Origin: Candidatus Harrisonbacteria bacterium
Lineage (GTDB): Bacteria; Patescibacteriota; Minisyncoccia; UBA6257; 1-14-0-10-40-38
Reading direction: 5' to 3'
Assembly (NCBI GenBank): GCA_023245035.1
Contig: JAHFLD010000003.1
Location: 55,736-119,735 of the forward strand
Length of the DNA stretch: 64,000 nucleotides
Below the pieces are notes generated by a model, which saw only the letters and a program-made list of their open reading frames with translations, was not told the DNA's origin and ran no database searches. Positions 21,401-30,471 of this stretch are shown piece after piece (position 1 is the stretch's first letter; the number at the start of each line of letters is the position of its first letter). A program made the translations under genes and the position numbers.

Positions 21401-22032
21401 GCGCCTTTAATATAGTCCGGTTTGCTCCCAAGGATGCGACCAAAAAAGCCAAGCCGGTGGAATACCAAGTTCCCCGCAATGTTGAGATTTTTGTTAAAGA
21501 GGGCGAAGAGGTGGCCAAGGGCACGATCTTGTCGGAGGGACACGTTGATCTCAAAGAACTTTTTGAGCTCAAAGGGCGGATTGAAGTGGAGCGTTACGTA
21601 GTGGATGAGGTACAGAGGATTTATTTAAGCGAGGGCGCGAGTATCAGCAACAAGCACATTGAGCTAATTATTCGCCAAATGTTTTCGCGGGTGAAGATTA
21701 AAGAATCCGGCGATACTAATTTTGTTGAGGGAGACGTGGTGGAGAAGTCGGTATTTTTCGAGATTAACCGCCGGATGCGTCGCGCCGAAAAACTTCCGGC
21801 TAAGGGCAAGACGATGTTGCTGGGTATTACCAAGGTTGCCCTGTCTACCGAGAGCTTCTTGTCCGCCGCCTCATTTATTGAAACCGCCAAGGTTTTAATT
21901 AACGCGGCCATCGAAAGCAAGGTTGATAAGCTCCGTGGACTTAAAGAGAATGTGATTATTGGTCGTCTGATTCCGGCTGGCACCGGTTACGGAGTGGATC
22001 GCGATACGGGAGCGCGAAGCCAGGCGGAATAG
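18469..22032 (+). CDS. rpoC: DNA-directed RNA polymerase subunit beta-prime
   Basis: Zn-finger CYCGKYRRSRYKGIVCDKC, catalytic NADFDGDQMAVH, bridge helix and trigger loop blocks. 1187 aa. Confidence 0.95.
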   Translation: MNFNAIKLKIASPDEILQWSHGEVIKPETINYRTQRPEKDGLFSERIFGPTKDWECYCGKYRRSRYKGIVCDKCNVEVTRSAVRRERMGHIMLAAPVAHIWFLKNAPSKISLFLDVSVPKLERVIYYTAYIVTGVNEANKKKIAEELEREFKSRKKNIAEEGVNLETLRSAMSDVEEQLEKLAVGTILTEAEFHSLSLRFANAFEAGTGAEAVRKILAAIDLKSLVQALLKELVIQKDSLREVRILRRLKLAQSMLRNNLRPEWMILSVLPVLPPDLRPMVALDGGRYATSDLNDLYRRVINRNNRLKKLMELKAPEVIVTNEKRMLQEAVDALVDNSARFGTQQMSAQKRPLTSLADQLKGKQGRFRQNLLGKRVDYSGRSVIVIGPELKLGQCGLPKRMALELFKPFVISKIIERGLAHNIRNANRLIEQTTPEVWEILEEVIQNRKVLLNRAPTLHRLGIQAFQPLLIEDLAIRIPPMVCQAFNADFDGDQMAVHLPLSEDAQREASEIMLSSRNLLKPASGDPIATPSQDIVLGCYFLTKIDEAGFGTGRRFSDNNEALLAHENAIVEINALIKIGPARAELETSVGRLIFNAVLPTGFRYVNELMNKKTLSRLVGEIINAYGIEASADVLDNIKKVGFEYATKSGTSWGMADLQTPPEKELLVKGAEVEIGIIRQQFAEGLLTDSERRSRVVAAWKKVVDKLNKEIVPKTLSAHSSVYSIIDSGARGSWSQPGQMMGMKGLVQNPKNEVIELPVRSSFKQGLGVLEYFISTHGSRKGLTDTALKTASAGYLTRRLVDVAQDVIVQENDCKTDKGVEIRRADGLSFGSSFASRLFSRTLLQDVKIERKILARAGEIVDRQMSYDIEKAAVDSVWVRSPMTCETLFGVCSQCYGYDLGTNKKVAIGSAVGIVAAQSIGEPGTQLTMRTFHIGGVAGADITHGLPRIEELFEARPPKGKALLADEDGVVAAIENKGAFNIVRFAPKDATKKAKPVEYQVPRNVEIFVKEGEEVAKGTILSEGHVDLKELFELKGRIEVERYVVDEVQRIYLSEGASISNKHIELIIRQMFSRVKIKESGDTNFVEGDVVEKSVFFEINRRMRRAEKLPAKGKTMLLGITKVALSTESFLSAASFIETAKVLINAAIESKVDKLRGLKENVIIGRLIPAGTGYGVDRDTGARSQAE

Positions 22033-22084
22033 ACTTTTTGAGTTGACTTATCTCAATTGATTCTATAGATTACAGTTATATTTT

Positions 22085-22513
22085 ATGGATGTTATAGATG
22101 ATGTTCGCAAAGAATATGAGTTGGCTTTTATGTTGGCTCTGCCCGAAGAGGAGGCGGAGCTGGAAAAGGCCTTGCTTGAAGCCAAGGTAGAGATTCGCGC
22201 TCGGCGTCCTTTGGCGGCGGTGCGACTGGCGTACCCGATAAAAAAACAAAACACCGCCCATTTTGGCGCTTGGAAGTTTGTGGCTTTGCCGAATTCGGTG
22301 CAGGCAATACGGCTTTCGCTGGGATTGCGTTCAAAAGTAATTCGCTTCTTGATTACGGCGGTTGCTCCGGAGCGGCAGGTTCCGGCACCGGTGAAACCGG
22401 AAGTTAAAGAGGCCGCCACGCCGGCAAAGCCGACGAAAGCTCGAGCGCGAGTTAAGCCTCAAGTTTTGAGCAACGAGGCGCTTGAGGAAAAGCTAGTAGA
22501 AATTTTGAAGTAG
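22085..22513 (+). CDS. rpsF: 30S ribosomal protein S6
   Basis: YELAFML...RLAYPIKK...HFGAW matches the S6 signature. Canonical rpsF-ssb-rpsR order. Confidence 0.8.
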   Translation: MDVIDDVRKEYELAFMLALPEEEAELEKALLEAKVEIRARRPLAAVRLAYPIKKQNTAHFGAWKFVALPNSVQAIRLSLGLRSKVIRFLITAVAPERQVPAPVKPEVKEAATPAKPTKARARVKPQVLSNEALEEKLVEILK

Positions 22514-22517
22514 CTCC

Positions 22518-22979
22518 ATGAATCTCAACAAAGTTTTTATCTTGGGCAGACTGACCGCCGATCCGCAGTTGCGTTCAACGCCAAGCGGCCAGCAAGTTGG
22601 ATCTTTTGCCGTGGCGACTAACCGCGTGTGGAATGACAAGAGTGGCCAGAAGCAGGCGGCAACCGAGTATCACAGCATTGTGGTGTGGGGAAGACAGGCG
22701 GAGGTTGCCTCCAAGTTCTTGCGAAAAGGCGGACTGGTGCTGGTTGAGGGCAGGATGCAGACCCGTTCTTGGGATGACGCTCAGGGCCAGAAGCGCAAGA
22801 CCACAGAGATTGTCGCCGAGCGGATTCAGTTGGGACCCCGACCAACCGGCTCTCAAGGCAATTTTGGCGCTGAAACTCCGACTGCCGATCCATTTGCTTC
22901 GCCGACCGATGACAAGAAAGAAGATATTCCAATTATTAGCGTTGACGAGGAGACCTCGAAGGATGACCTACCGTTTTAA
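22518..22979 (+). CDS. ssb: Single-stranded DNA-binding protein
   Basis: OB-fold blocks (VFILGRLTADPQLR; HSIVVWGRQAE; LVLVEGR) and the acidic C-terminal tip DDLPF. Confidence 0.9.
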   Translation: MNLNKVFILGRLTADPQLRSTPSGQQVGSFAVATNRVWNDKSGQKQAATEYHSIVVWGRQAEVASKFLRKGGLVLVEGRMQTRSWDDAQGQKRKTTEIVAERIQLGPRPTGSQGNFGAETPTADPFASPTDDKKEDIPIISVDEETSKDDLPF

Positions 22980-22984
22980 CTTCT

Positions 22985-23191
22985 ATGACTATGCACCAAT
23001 GTTATTTCTGTTCGCAAAATATAAACACGATTGATTACAAGGAGGCCGAGTTGTTGCGCAAGTTTATTTCTTCGCAGGCTAAAATTATTGATCGCCGTTA
23101 TACTAATACTTGCGCTAAGCACCAGCGAGCGCTGGCTCAGGCGATTAAGCGGTCGCGTTTTTTGGGTCTTTTGCCGTACGTGCGGCGATAG
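22985..23191 (+). CDS. rpsR: 30S ribosomal protein S18
   Basis: IDYKEAELLRKFIS...KHQRALAQAIKRSRFLGLLPY matches S18. Confidence 0.9.
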   Translation: MTMHQCYFCSQNINTIDYKEAELLRKFISSQAKIIDRRYTNTCAKHQRALAQAIKRSRFLGLLPYVRR

Positions 23192-23210
23192 TTTTTAGAC
23201 GTTGTTTGTC

Positions 23211-23747
23211 ATGCCATCCGATGTCGTTTTTTCAGGTTTACTTCGAACCATCGTTAGCGGAAACGTTGTTTTTGAATCGCTGACGGTTTTTTTTGCCGCT
23301 TATTTACCGTACGTTACCATTTTGGCGGCGGTTTTTCTTTTGTTTCGGGAGACGCTTTGGCGGCGGCGGCTTTACAACATATTGCTGGTTGGGCTTTCGG
23401 GTATCTTGGCCTACGGCGTGGTGACCCCGATTTTTCGTTTCTTTTTACCCCGTCCTCGCCCATTTGTCGCGCTTGATTTTACCCCGCTTGTCGCGGTAGA
23501 TATTACTCCGTCTTTTCCCTCCGGACACGCTATTTTCTTTTTTGCCATAGCGACCGCTTTTTATTTTTTGCGCCCGCGCGCCGGTTTTTGGTTTTTGATA
23601 GTTGCTGGAATTATCAGCGTGGCTCGGGTGGCGGCCGGAATTCATTGGACATTTGATATTATCGGCGGCGCTTTATTGGGAATCTTGTGCGGTTATGCCG
23701 CTAAACTTATTTTGCCTCATTTGAACTTTCCTAAGAGCGAGTCTTAA
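23211..23747 (+). CDS. PAP2-family phosphatase (undecaprenyl-diphosphatase-like)
   Basis: PAP2 motifs PSGH (..PSFPSGHAIFFF) and SRxxxxxHxxxD (SVARVAAGIHWTFDI) in a 6-TM protein. ATG at 23211 is preferred over the TTG at 23202. Confidence 0.7.
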   Translation: MPSDVVFSGLLRTIVSGNVVFESLTVFFAAYLPYVTILAAVFLLFRETLWRRRLYNILLVGLSGILAYGVVTPIFRFFLPRPRPFVALDFTPLVAVDITPSFPSGHAIFFFAIATAFYFLRPRAGFWFLIVAGIISVARVAAGIHWTFDIIGGALLGILCGYAAKLILPHLNFPKSES

Positions 23748-23753
23748 AAATAT

Positions 23754-25532
23754 ATGAGCGCTAGATCGGCTGATCAAATTCGTACAGCTTTTCTGGAATT
23801 TTTTAAAGCGCGGGCTCACGCGGTGGTGCCGTCTTCGTCTTTGATACCCGACGATCCGTCGGTGCTTTTGACCACCGCCGGCATGCAACAGTTTAAAAAA
23901 TATTACACCGGCGAAGCGGATCCGGTGCGGGACTTTGGGAGTCACAACACCACTTCGGCGCAAAAATCTTTTCGGACTTCGGATATTGACGAGGTGGGGG
24001 ATGAGCGACACCTGACTTTTTTTGAAATGCTGGGAAATTTTTCGTTCGGCTATAAGGCGGGTGAACGGCGTTTGCCAAAGGACGGATATTTTAAGCGCGA
24101 GGCGATTGCTTACGCGCATGAGTTTCTCACCAAGACTCTCGGACTTCATATTTCTTACGTGACGGTTTTTCAGGGAATGCCCGGCGTGCCCAAAGACGAA
24201 GAGTCTATAGCCATCTGGAGAGCGCTTGGCGTGACTGATATTCGCGAGGAGTTGTGGGATGTTTTTTGGGGGCCAACGGGATCGGCCGGTCCCTGCGGGC
24301 CAACGACCGAGATCTATTGCAAAAACGGCGCCGGAGACGATATTGAAGTTTGGAACATAGTTTTCAATCAGTTCTTTTTCTCCGGATCGCGCGAGGAGTT
24401 GCAGGCCGGAAGTTCCGGTAAGATTTTGGAGCCTCTTAAAACACCCGGTGTGGATACGGGCATGGGTTTGGAGCGCTTGGCGATGATCGCGCAGGGAACA
24501 AAAACTATTTTTGAGACGGATTTATTTAAGTCAATAATTTCTTTGCTGCCCCAAGGGATGGACGAGCGGATTGGGCGTATTTTTGCGGATCACTTGAGGG
24601 CCGTGGCGTTTTTGATTGGCGACGGGGTGCGACCTTCCAACAGAGATGCTGGTTATGTTTTGCGGAGACTCTTACGGCGGCTGATGGTCTATGGAGTTGG
24701 ATGGGAGATTGAACCGCTTTTCCGCGCTGTGGTAGCGCAATACAAGCAAGCTTATCCAGAACTTTCATTGGAAATTATCAACGAGGTTTATCGTTTGGAG
24801 AGGGATAAGTTTTCGAAAACTTTGTCGCAGGGACTTCGTGAACTCGATCGTTTGCAAAAAATAAATGCCGCCTCGGCTTTTAAACTCTACGAGAGTTTTG
24901 GTTTGCCCTACGAGATTATTAAGGAAAAAGCAGGGGCTCGCGGCGAAGAGCTTCGGCGAGATCTTTTTGATGCCGAGTTTAAGAAGCACCAAGAAATTTC
25001 GCGGGCAGGCAGTCAAAAAAAATTCGGCGGGCACGGACTTTTGCTTGATACCGGCGAACTAAAGGCGGGGAATGAGGAGGAGCTAAAAAAAGTAACGCGA
25101 TTGCACACGGCAACGCACATGCTTCAACAGGCTTTGCGCGTCGTTTTGGGGAACGAGGTGCGTCAAGCGGGTTCGGATATCACCGCGGAGCGAACGCGTT
25201 TTGATTTTACCTTTTCGCGCAAGCTGACTTTGGAGGAGGTGAAAAAAGTGGAGGAGCTGGTTAATCAAAAGATCGGCCAGGCCTTACTGATGCAAAAGGT
25301 GATTTTGCCGAAGGCGGAGGCGGAAAAAACCGGAGCGCTTTATTCCTCTAAGGAAAAGTATCCCGATCCGGTAAATGTTTATTTTTTGGGTGAATCTTTG
25401 GGTACGGCGTGGAGCAAGGAGTTTTGCGGGGGGCCGCATGTTGCAAACAGCCGCGAAATTGGGCGGTTCAGGATTTTAAAGGAAGAGGGCGTGGCCGCTG
25501 GCGTTCGCCGGATTCGAGCCACGGTCGGTTGA
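23754..25532 (+). CDS. alaS: Alanyl-tRNA synthetase, short form with catalytic and editing domains but no C-Ala domain
   Basis: Class II AlaRS motifs (FKARAH; GNFSFGYK; GPCGPTTEIY; GVDTGMGLERL), editing-domain HTATHMLQ and CGGPHV. Only 592 aa. Confidence 0.9.
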   Translation: MSARSADQIRTAFLEFFKARAHAVVPSSSLIPDDPSVLLTTAGMQQFKKYYTGEADPVRDFGSHNTTSAQKSFRTSDIDEVGDERHLTFFEMLGNFSFGYKAGERRLPKDGYFKREAIAYAHEFLTKTLGLHISYVTVFQGMPGVPKDEESIAIWRALGVTDIREELWDVFWGPTGSAGPCGPTTEIYCKNGAGDDIEVWNIVFNQFFFSGSREELQAGSSGKILEPLKTPGVDTGMGLERLAMIAQGTKTIFETDLFKSIISLLPQGMDERIGRIFADHLRAVAFLIGDGVRPSNRDAGYVLRRLLRRLMVYGVGWEIEPLFRAVVAQYKQAYPELSLEIINEVYRLERDKFSKTLSQGLRELDRLQKINAASAFKLYESFGLPYEIIKEKAGARGEELRRDLFDAEFKKHQEISRAGSQKKFGGHGLLLDTGELKAGNEEELKKVTRLHTATHMLQQALRVVLGNEVRQAGSDITAERTRFDFTFSRKLTLEEVKKVEELVNQKIGQALLMQKVILPKAEAEKTGALYSSKEKYPDPVNVYFLGESLGTAWSKEFCGGPHVANSREIGRFRILKEEGVAAGVRRIRATVG

Positions 25533-25642
25533 CAATTATAGTATTTAGCAGATATAATTTGGCCAGTTCTTTGAGAGATGAGCCTTAGGTTCCGCAGTGT
25601 TTGCGGAATAAGGGGCGGGTTAATCAAAGACGGGAGAGTCTT

Positions 25643-26254
25643 ATGTCTCGGCCAAAGAGTCAGTTTTTGTCATCGCTGGGAGTTCTTTTTGAACTCTTCA
25701 AGGCGGTGACTGATAGGGTGTTGGAGAAGGGCGGTAGTGACGAGGACATTGCTCGGATTGGGAAAGATCCCGAACTCGCGGAGGGGATTGCGAAGATGAT
25801 TCTCGCCTCCTGCGCCGAGACGAAGCCTTATAAAATCGCTTTCATCGTTGAATCATCCCGGACTCTCAAAAAGATGATTGTGGATGGCAGATACGACGGT
25901 GGTAGCTCAGGCATCATCGCGGAAGAGTTTCCGATCGAAGCTACGGGAAAGCAGGAGGTTGTACTCGAGCTTCTTCACTTTAACCGTCGCATTTCCACCG
26001 AAGATGCACTTATTGAGATCGAGCGGCGTGGCCTGGAGCCTGCTAAGTTTATACACTTGCTTGCTTTTGGTAAGCACCATCCCGAGCTTCAGCTTCAGTT
26101 TTCGATCGTTGCTCTGGGTTCTGTGTTGCCACCACTCGGTGGTTTTCGCGTACCTTGTCTTAACGCGTGTTCCGGTCGACGCTGCTTGATTCTGGAATGG
26201 GGAGATTGCGTCTGGGACGAGAATTACCGTTTTCTGGTTGTGCACAAGTCCTAG
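25643..26254 (+). CDS. Hypothetical protein
   Basis: ATG at 25643 with a GGGAGAG Shine-Dalgarno-like sequence upstream. No motif recognised. Confidence 0.4.
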   Translation: MSRPKSQFLSSLGVLFELFKAVTDRVLEKGGSDEDIARIGKDPELAEGIAKMILASCAETKPYKIAFIVESSRTLKKMIVDGRYDGGSSGIIAEEFPIEATGKQEVVLELLHFNRRISTEDALIEIERRGLEPAKFIHLLAFGKHHPELQLQFSIVALGSVLPPLGGFRVPCLNACSGRRCLILEWGDCVWDENYRFLVVHKS

Positions 26255-26282
26255 GATTGGACCCTTGGTAGCTTAGTTCTTT

Positions 26283-26313
26283 TCGCCCGACATTACGCCG
26301 GGCGATTTTTTTA
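26283..26313 (+). terminator. Rho-independent terminator
   Basis: tcgcccg-acattacgc-cgggcga followed by TTTTTTTATTTT. Confidence 0.6.
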
Positions 26314-26355
26314 TTTTCACTAGGTTTGGGTTGGCGAAGAGTTTATACTTGTTGA

Positions 26356-27567
26356 GTGAGATTTTGGCCTTCAGTTCTACCTTTAGTTTTTGGCGCTAAT
26401 CACGGAGAGCGGTTTTTTGTAATTTGCTTTGAAGCCTCGGGCGTGCGCCTGTATCGCCTGGAGGCGAGGCGAGAAACAAAAACACTCAAGGTGCTTAGCG
26501 CTCTATATACGCCGGTTGCTTCACCCACATATTCCGTTTTGGTTGCGGCGGCGCGACAGATGAGTCGCCGGTTTTTGGATTTTAAAACTTCGCGGGTGTT
26601 GGTGCTTACCGGGGCGCGTTTGGCGACGGTTATTTTGGGAGGCGCGAGCATGGCCCGGGAAGATGCCGAACGCGAAATTGACGAGACGGAGTTGGAGAAC
26701 TCTTTTGTGCAGGCGCTCTGGCAGGCTTTTGACCGCGAGCGAGCCTCGGCGGGCATTAAGATGCGAGTCCATGACTTGGAGGTGGCGGTGGCGGATGTGA
26801 GGTTGCTACGCACCGTGCTTGATGGGCACGCCGTTCCTAATCCAATCGGTTTTTCGGCCAAAGAAATTTCTTTTTCTTTTGAAATTGTTTTGAGCCCCAA
26901 GTATTTTTTGCGCCAGCTTTATGAGTTTATTTCCGAGGAGCAATTGGTTTTTATCTCCGATCGGGGGGCGGTTTACGCGCAGTTTCTTACGCGATCCACG
27001 GAGAAGCTACCGGAGTTTTCTTTATTGTATGCCGACCTGCGACACGGCGATTTATATGCTGGCGGTCTTCAAGGTTTGCGTTTTTTGGGCGAGGTGGCGT
27101 GGGGGAGGGAGGCGATCGGGCAATCTTTGCAAAACGATTTTTGTTTGCCGCTGTCTTCGGTTGAGGCGTTTTATCGCCGTTTGGTGGCGGCTGATTTTGG
27201 GCCCGGGGTTTTGCGCGGCGCTAAAAAATCTTTTTCGGGGGCGCTCGCAAAGTGCTTGGCGTCGCTTTACGAACGCGATAGCGGTATTTTTTCCCGTCCC
27301 TTGTTTTTGGCCTCGTCGTTTGATCTTCCCCGCTGGTTTTTTGAGAAGTCGGTGCGTTTAGCCCCCTGGCCGCCGTTGGACATCAAGTTGGCGGAGGTTG
27401 CCGGGTTGCCACTTGCTCCCAAAATCATTCTTGCCTCCGGAGTTAGCGCTCCTTCCCGCGCTCTAGCCGATCTTTTGGTTTTTCATGCCGCTTTTTCTTT
27501 GACGCCGTCTCGTGATAAAATTGACAGAGTGGCAAGGAGGCACGCTCGCTGGCTTCTAGCTTCATAA
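26356..27567 (+). CDS. Hypothetical protein, possible actin-fold ATPase (FtsA/PilM-like)
   Basis: 403 aa. An N-terminal FFVICFEASGVRLYRL beta-hairpin resembles the phosphate-1 motif of actin-fold proteins, and a C-terminal LASGVSA segment resembles the adenosine motif. Starts at a GTG. The stop lies 4 nt before the next gene, suggesting an operon. Confidence 0.45.
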   Translation: MRFWPSVLPLVFGANHGERFFVICFEASGVRLYRLEARRETKTLKVLSALYTPVASPTYSVLVAAARQMSRRFLDFKTSRVLVLTGARLATVILGGASMAREDAEREIDETELENSFVQALWQAFDRERASAGIKMRVHDLEVAVADVRLLRTVLDGHAVPNPIGFSAKEISFSFEIVLSPKYFLRQLYEFISEEQLVFISDRGAVYAQFLTRSTEKLPEFSLLYADLRHGDLYAGGLQGLRFLGEVAWGREAIGQSLQNDFCLPLSSVEAFYRRLVAADFGPGVLRGAKKSFSGALAKCLASLYERDSGIFSRPLFLASSFDLPRWFFEKSVRLAPWPPLDIKLAEVAGLPLAPKIILASGVSAPSRALADLLVFHAAFSLTPSRDKIDRVARRHARWLLAS

Positions 27568-27570
27568 CCC

Positions 27571-29124
27571 ATGGCTTTGATTAAAAGAATTTTTGCCCGA
27601 CCGGAAGAAGACTCCGCCGCTCTGATTGAGCGCTTGGCGGAAATTGAAGCGCGGCAAGTTGTGATAAGCATTCCGCGCTCTTCGGTCTTACTTGAATCTC
27701 GTTCTTCGTTTACGCTCTTGAGGCGCGAAGCTCTCGGACTCAAAAAAACAATTTTGATTGAATCGGTTGATTCGGAGGTTCTTACCGCCGCTCGTGGCGC
27801 CCGTCTTAGGGCCCGCAATCCATTTGGAGAGAGAAGAGGCAAGCGTTTGGCCGATATTGTTGCCGCCACCGCTTCGCGAGCCGCCGAGGTTTCGGCGCGG
27901 GATTTTTTTGAAGACGAAGAAGAAGAGGAAGTCTCAAGACCAGCGCGGCGCGGCGGATCTGTCAACGCTAAAATTCCAACTCGCCGCTTCTGGGCTAGAT
28001 TGGTTTTTTGGACAACCGGAATTTTGGCGCTTCTTGGCGCGATTTATTTGGTAATGGTTGTTCTGCCTAAGGCGGAGATTAAGATTACGGCGCGACGAGT
28101 GCCGTGGAAGTTTGACGGCTCGGTTACGGTGGATAAAAATTTGTCGCGTCTGACCGCGGAGACTGTTTCCGTTCCCGGGCAGCTTTTTGTTCAAAAGAAA
28201 AATTTTGATTCGGCGTATCCGGCGAGCGGCAAAAAAGAAGTTTCCCGCGCCGCGAGCGGGCAGATTACTATTTATAATACCTACTCATCCGAGCCCCAGG
28301 CTTTGGTTCTGCGAACTCGTTTTCGGGCGCCGGATGGAAAAATTTTCCGTTTAGCCAAGAGCTTGGTAGTTCCCGGGGCGAAGGTGGTGAATGGCAAGAT
28401 CGTGCCTTCAAGCATTGAGGCGGAAGTTGTGGCCGATAAAACCGGAGCGGATTACAACATCGGCCCGATAGAAAAATTCGTCATTCCGGGTTTTGAGGGG
28501 ACGCCGAAGTTTGCCGCTTTTTACGCGGAGTCCAAAACCGCGATGAGTGGCGGAGTGGTGGGGGTGGTTCCGTTTCCTACTTCGGCCGATATTGAAAATG
28601 CCAAGACGGCGGCGCTGACGACTATTCGCGATGCTCTGACCGCGGCCTTGCTGACTCAAGCCCCCAAGGATTTGAAGGTGGTTAGCGGGGCGACTGATTT
28701 TAAGCTGATTACCCAAAGAATTAGGGATACGGTCGATGCCGACGGGCGTTTTTCGATTTTTACCGAGGCTCAAATGACGATGATGGCTTTTCGTGAAAAA
28801 GATCTGGTGACAATGTTGCAAGCCAAGGCCGAAAAAGAGGCCGGTCAGGGACTTTTTTTGAAGCATTATTCTCTGGAGTACGGCACGCCGAGGTTTGTTG
28901 TTTCTGCTGGACGGCTGGAGCTCTTGGTGGTTTATCGCGCGGAGTTGGTTCGGGATGTGGATCTGGCGGCTTTGCGGCGGCTGGTTCTGGGGAAGTCGGA
29001 GACCGAGCTTAAGGTGGCAGTGCTGGCTTTGCCGGGGTTAGAGAGCGCCCAAATTTCGCTTTGGCCCTTTTGGGTGAGAAGCGTTCCGAACCGCGAGGAG
29101 CGGGTGGCGATTAATATCCAGTAG
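27571..29124 (+). CDS. Hypothetical bitopic membrane protein with an acidic stretch (EDEEEEE) before a single TM helix and a large extracytoplasmic domain
   Basis: 517 aa: a cytoplasmic N-terminal region of about 150 aa, a TM helix (LVFWTTGILALLGAIYLVMVV), then a beta-rich C-terminal domain. Confidence 0.5.
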   Translation: MALIKRIFARPEEDSAALIERLAEIEARQVVISIPRSSVLLESRSSFTLLRREALGLKKTILIESVDSEVLTAARGARLRARNPFGERRGKRLADIVAATASRAAEVSARDFFEDEEEEEVSRPARRGGSVNAKIPTRRFWARLVFWTTGILALLGAIYLVMVVLPKAEIKITARRVPWKFDGSVTVDKNLSRLTAETVSVPGQLFVQKKNFDSAYPASGKKEVSRAASGQITIYNTYSSEPQALVLRTRFRAPDGKIFRLAKSLVVPGAKVVNGKIVPSSIEAEVVADKTGADYNIGPIEKFVIPGFEGTPKFAAFYAESKTAMSGGVVGVVPFPTSADIENAKTAALTTIRDALTAALLTQAPKDLKVVSGATDFKLITQRIRDTVDADGRFSIFTEAQMTMMAFREKDLVTMLQAKAEKEAGQGLFLKHYSLEYGTPRFVVSAGRLELLVVYRAELVRDVDLAALRRLVLGKSETELKVAVLALPGLESAQISLWPFWVRSVPNREERVAINIQ

Positions 29125-29196
29125 GTTCCATAAATCGCTGTTTTTTCGGGTTGGAGTTGACTTCGGTTGGGCTTTTTTGTTAATATCCCTACTTGC

Positions 29197-29409
29197 ATGC
29201 TTGATCGGAATATTCCCGCTCGCGAGGGGCGTGTCGAAGAATCGCTTCCCGGAACTATGTTTCGGGTGAAACTTTATGATGGCAATGTCGTCTTGGCCCA
29301 TCTTGCGGGCAAGATGCGTCTCCATTATATTAAGATACTTCCCGGAGATCGCGTGCTTTTGGAATTGAGTCCCGATGGCGAGCGTGGCAGAATTATCCGC
29401 CGATTATAA
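29197..29409 (+). CDS. infA: Translation initiation factor IF-1
   Basis: S1-like OB signature ([32 protein letters not shown]...[21 protein letters not shown]). ATG at 29197; the listed ORF starts at a TTG 30 nt upstream. Confidence 0.9.
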   Translation: MLDRNIPAREGRVEESLPGTMFRVKLYDGNVVLAHLAGKMRLHYIKILPGDRVLLELSPDGERGRIIRRL

Positions 29410-29422
29410 TTAGGTTATTTTT

Positions 29423-29536
29423 ATGAAGGTTCGTTCATCAGTCAAACCAATTTGCAACAAGTGCAAGACGGTTCGCCGCCGCCGCCGGGTTTTGGTTATC
29501 TGTACCATTCCGAAGCACAAGCAACGGCAGGGATAA
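29423..29536 (+). CDS. rpmJ: 50S ribosomal protein L36
   Basis: Translates to [37 protein letters not shown] (37 aa), the L36 zinc-ribbon. Below the 60-aa ORF cutoff, so not in the supplied track. Sits between infA and rpsM as in most bacteria. Confidence 0.85.
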   Translation: MKVRSSVKPICNKCKTVRRRRRVLVICTIPKHKQRQG

Positions 29537-29584
29537 AAATTAAATTTTGCCGGAGGACGATCAGCGATTAACCAATCAAACACC

Positions 29585-29968
29585 ATGAGACTTCTAGGTA
29601 TCAACATCCCTGATAACAAGCGCATTATTATCGCGTTGGCTTATCTTTATGGAATTGGGCCTACGAGGGCGGCGGAGATTTTGACGGCGACCAAAATAAA
29701 TCCGGATAAACGCGCCAGCACGCTCGACTTAAACGAGGTGAACAAGATCAAGGAGTATGTAGAAAAGCATTTCAAAATTGAGGGTGAATTGCGGCAAATC
29801 ATTAAACAGAACATCGCTTTGCTTAAGGATCTGCAAACTTATCGCGGGGCGCGCCACGCCCGACGTTTGCCGGTTCGCGGTCAGAGAACTAAGACTAATT
29901 CTCGCACCGTTCGCGGCAATGTTCGCAAGACGGCCGGAAGCGGCAAGCGAAAGGTGGCATTGAAGTAA
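29585..29968 (+). CDS. rpsM: 30S ribosomal protein S13
   Basis: RLLGINIP...YGIGPTRA...YRGARHARRLPVRGQRTKTN matches S13. Confidence 0.95.
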   Translation: MRLLGINIPDNKRIIIALAYLYGIGPTRAAEILTATKINPDKRASTLDLNEVNKIKEYVEKHFKIEGELRQIIKQNIALLKDLQTYRGARHARRLPVRGQRTKTNSRTVRGNVRKTAGSGKRKVALK

Positions 29969-29997
29969 AATCGCCTTTATTGTAGGATTACAAACCC

Positions 29998-30450
29998 ATG
30001 GGAAAGAAAAAAGTTGCCAGTCAAACATCGGATGAGGCCATCAAAGAGAAGGATGCTTTGGATGTGGCTTTTCAAAAAACTGCCGGAAAGTCGGCCAGCA
30101 ACCGCCACGAACGCGGCAAGGTTTTTATTAATTGCTCTTATAACAACACTTTGATTTCCATTACCGATGACAAGGGCGGTGTGGTGGCTTGGAGCTCCGC
30201 CGGCGCCTTGGGTTTTAACGGCCCTAAAAAGGCGACCCCATTCGCGGCTTCAAAGGTGGTGGCGGCGCTAGCCGAAAAGGTTAAAAAGGCAGGTCCTTTT
30301 AACGTGGAAGTTCTGGTTAACGGCATCGGCGGGGGACGGGATTCGGCGGTTAGATCGCTCGCCGCGCGCGGTTTTAATATTCTTTCCATCCGCGATGTGA
30401 CGCCGATTCCGCACAACGGTCCGCGCCCGCCAAAAGTTCGGCGAGTGTAG
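29998..30450 (+). CDS. rpsK: 30S ribosomal protein S11
   Basis: NNTLISITD..GGVVAWSSAGALGFNG..KKATPFAA...GIGGGRDSAVRSLAARGFNI matches S11. Confidence 0.95.
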   Translation: MGKKKVASQTSDEAIKEKDALDVAFQKTAGKSASNRHERGKVFINCSYNNTLISITDDKGGVVAWSSAGALGFNGPKKATPFAASKVVAALAEKVKKAGPFNVEVLVNGIGGGRDSAVRSLAARGFNILSIRDVTPIPHNGPRPPKVRRV

Positions 30451-30471
30451 TCAAGAATTTACAACACTCAA

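Noticed and set aside
15632-21983. Numerous antisense or alternative-frame ORFs within rpoB and rpoC (e.g. 16699-17133, 17512-17898, 21159-21572)
   Set aside because: They are fully embedded in strongly supported, highly conserved RNAP genes. Their low-complexity translations are typical of spurious frames in GC-balanced coding DNA.
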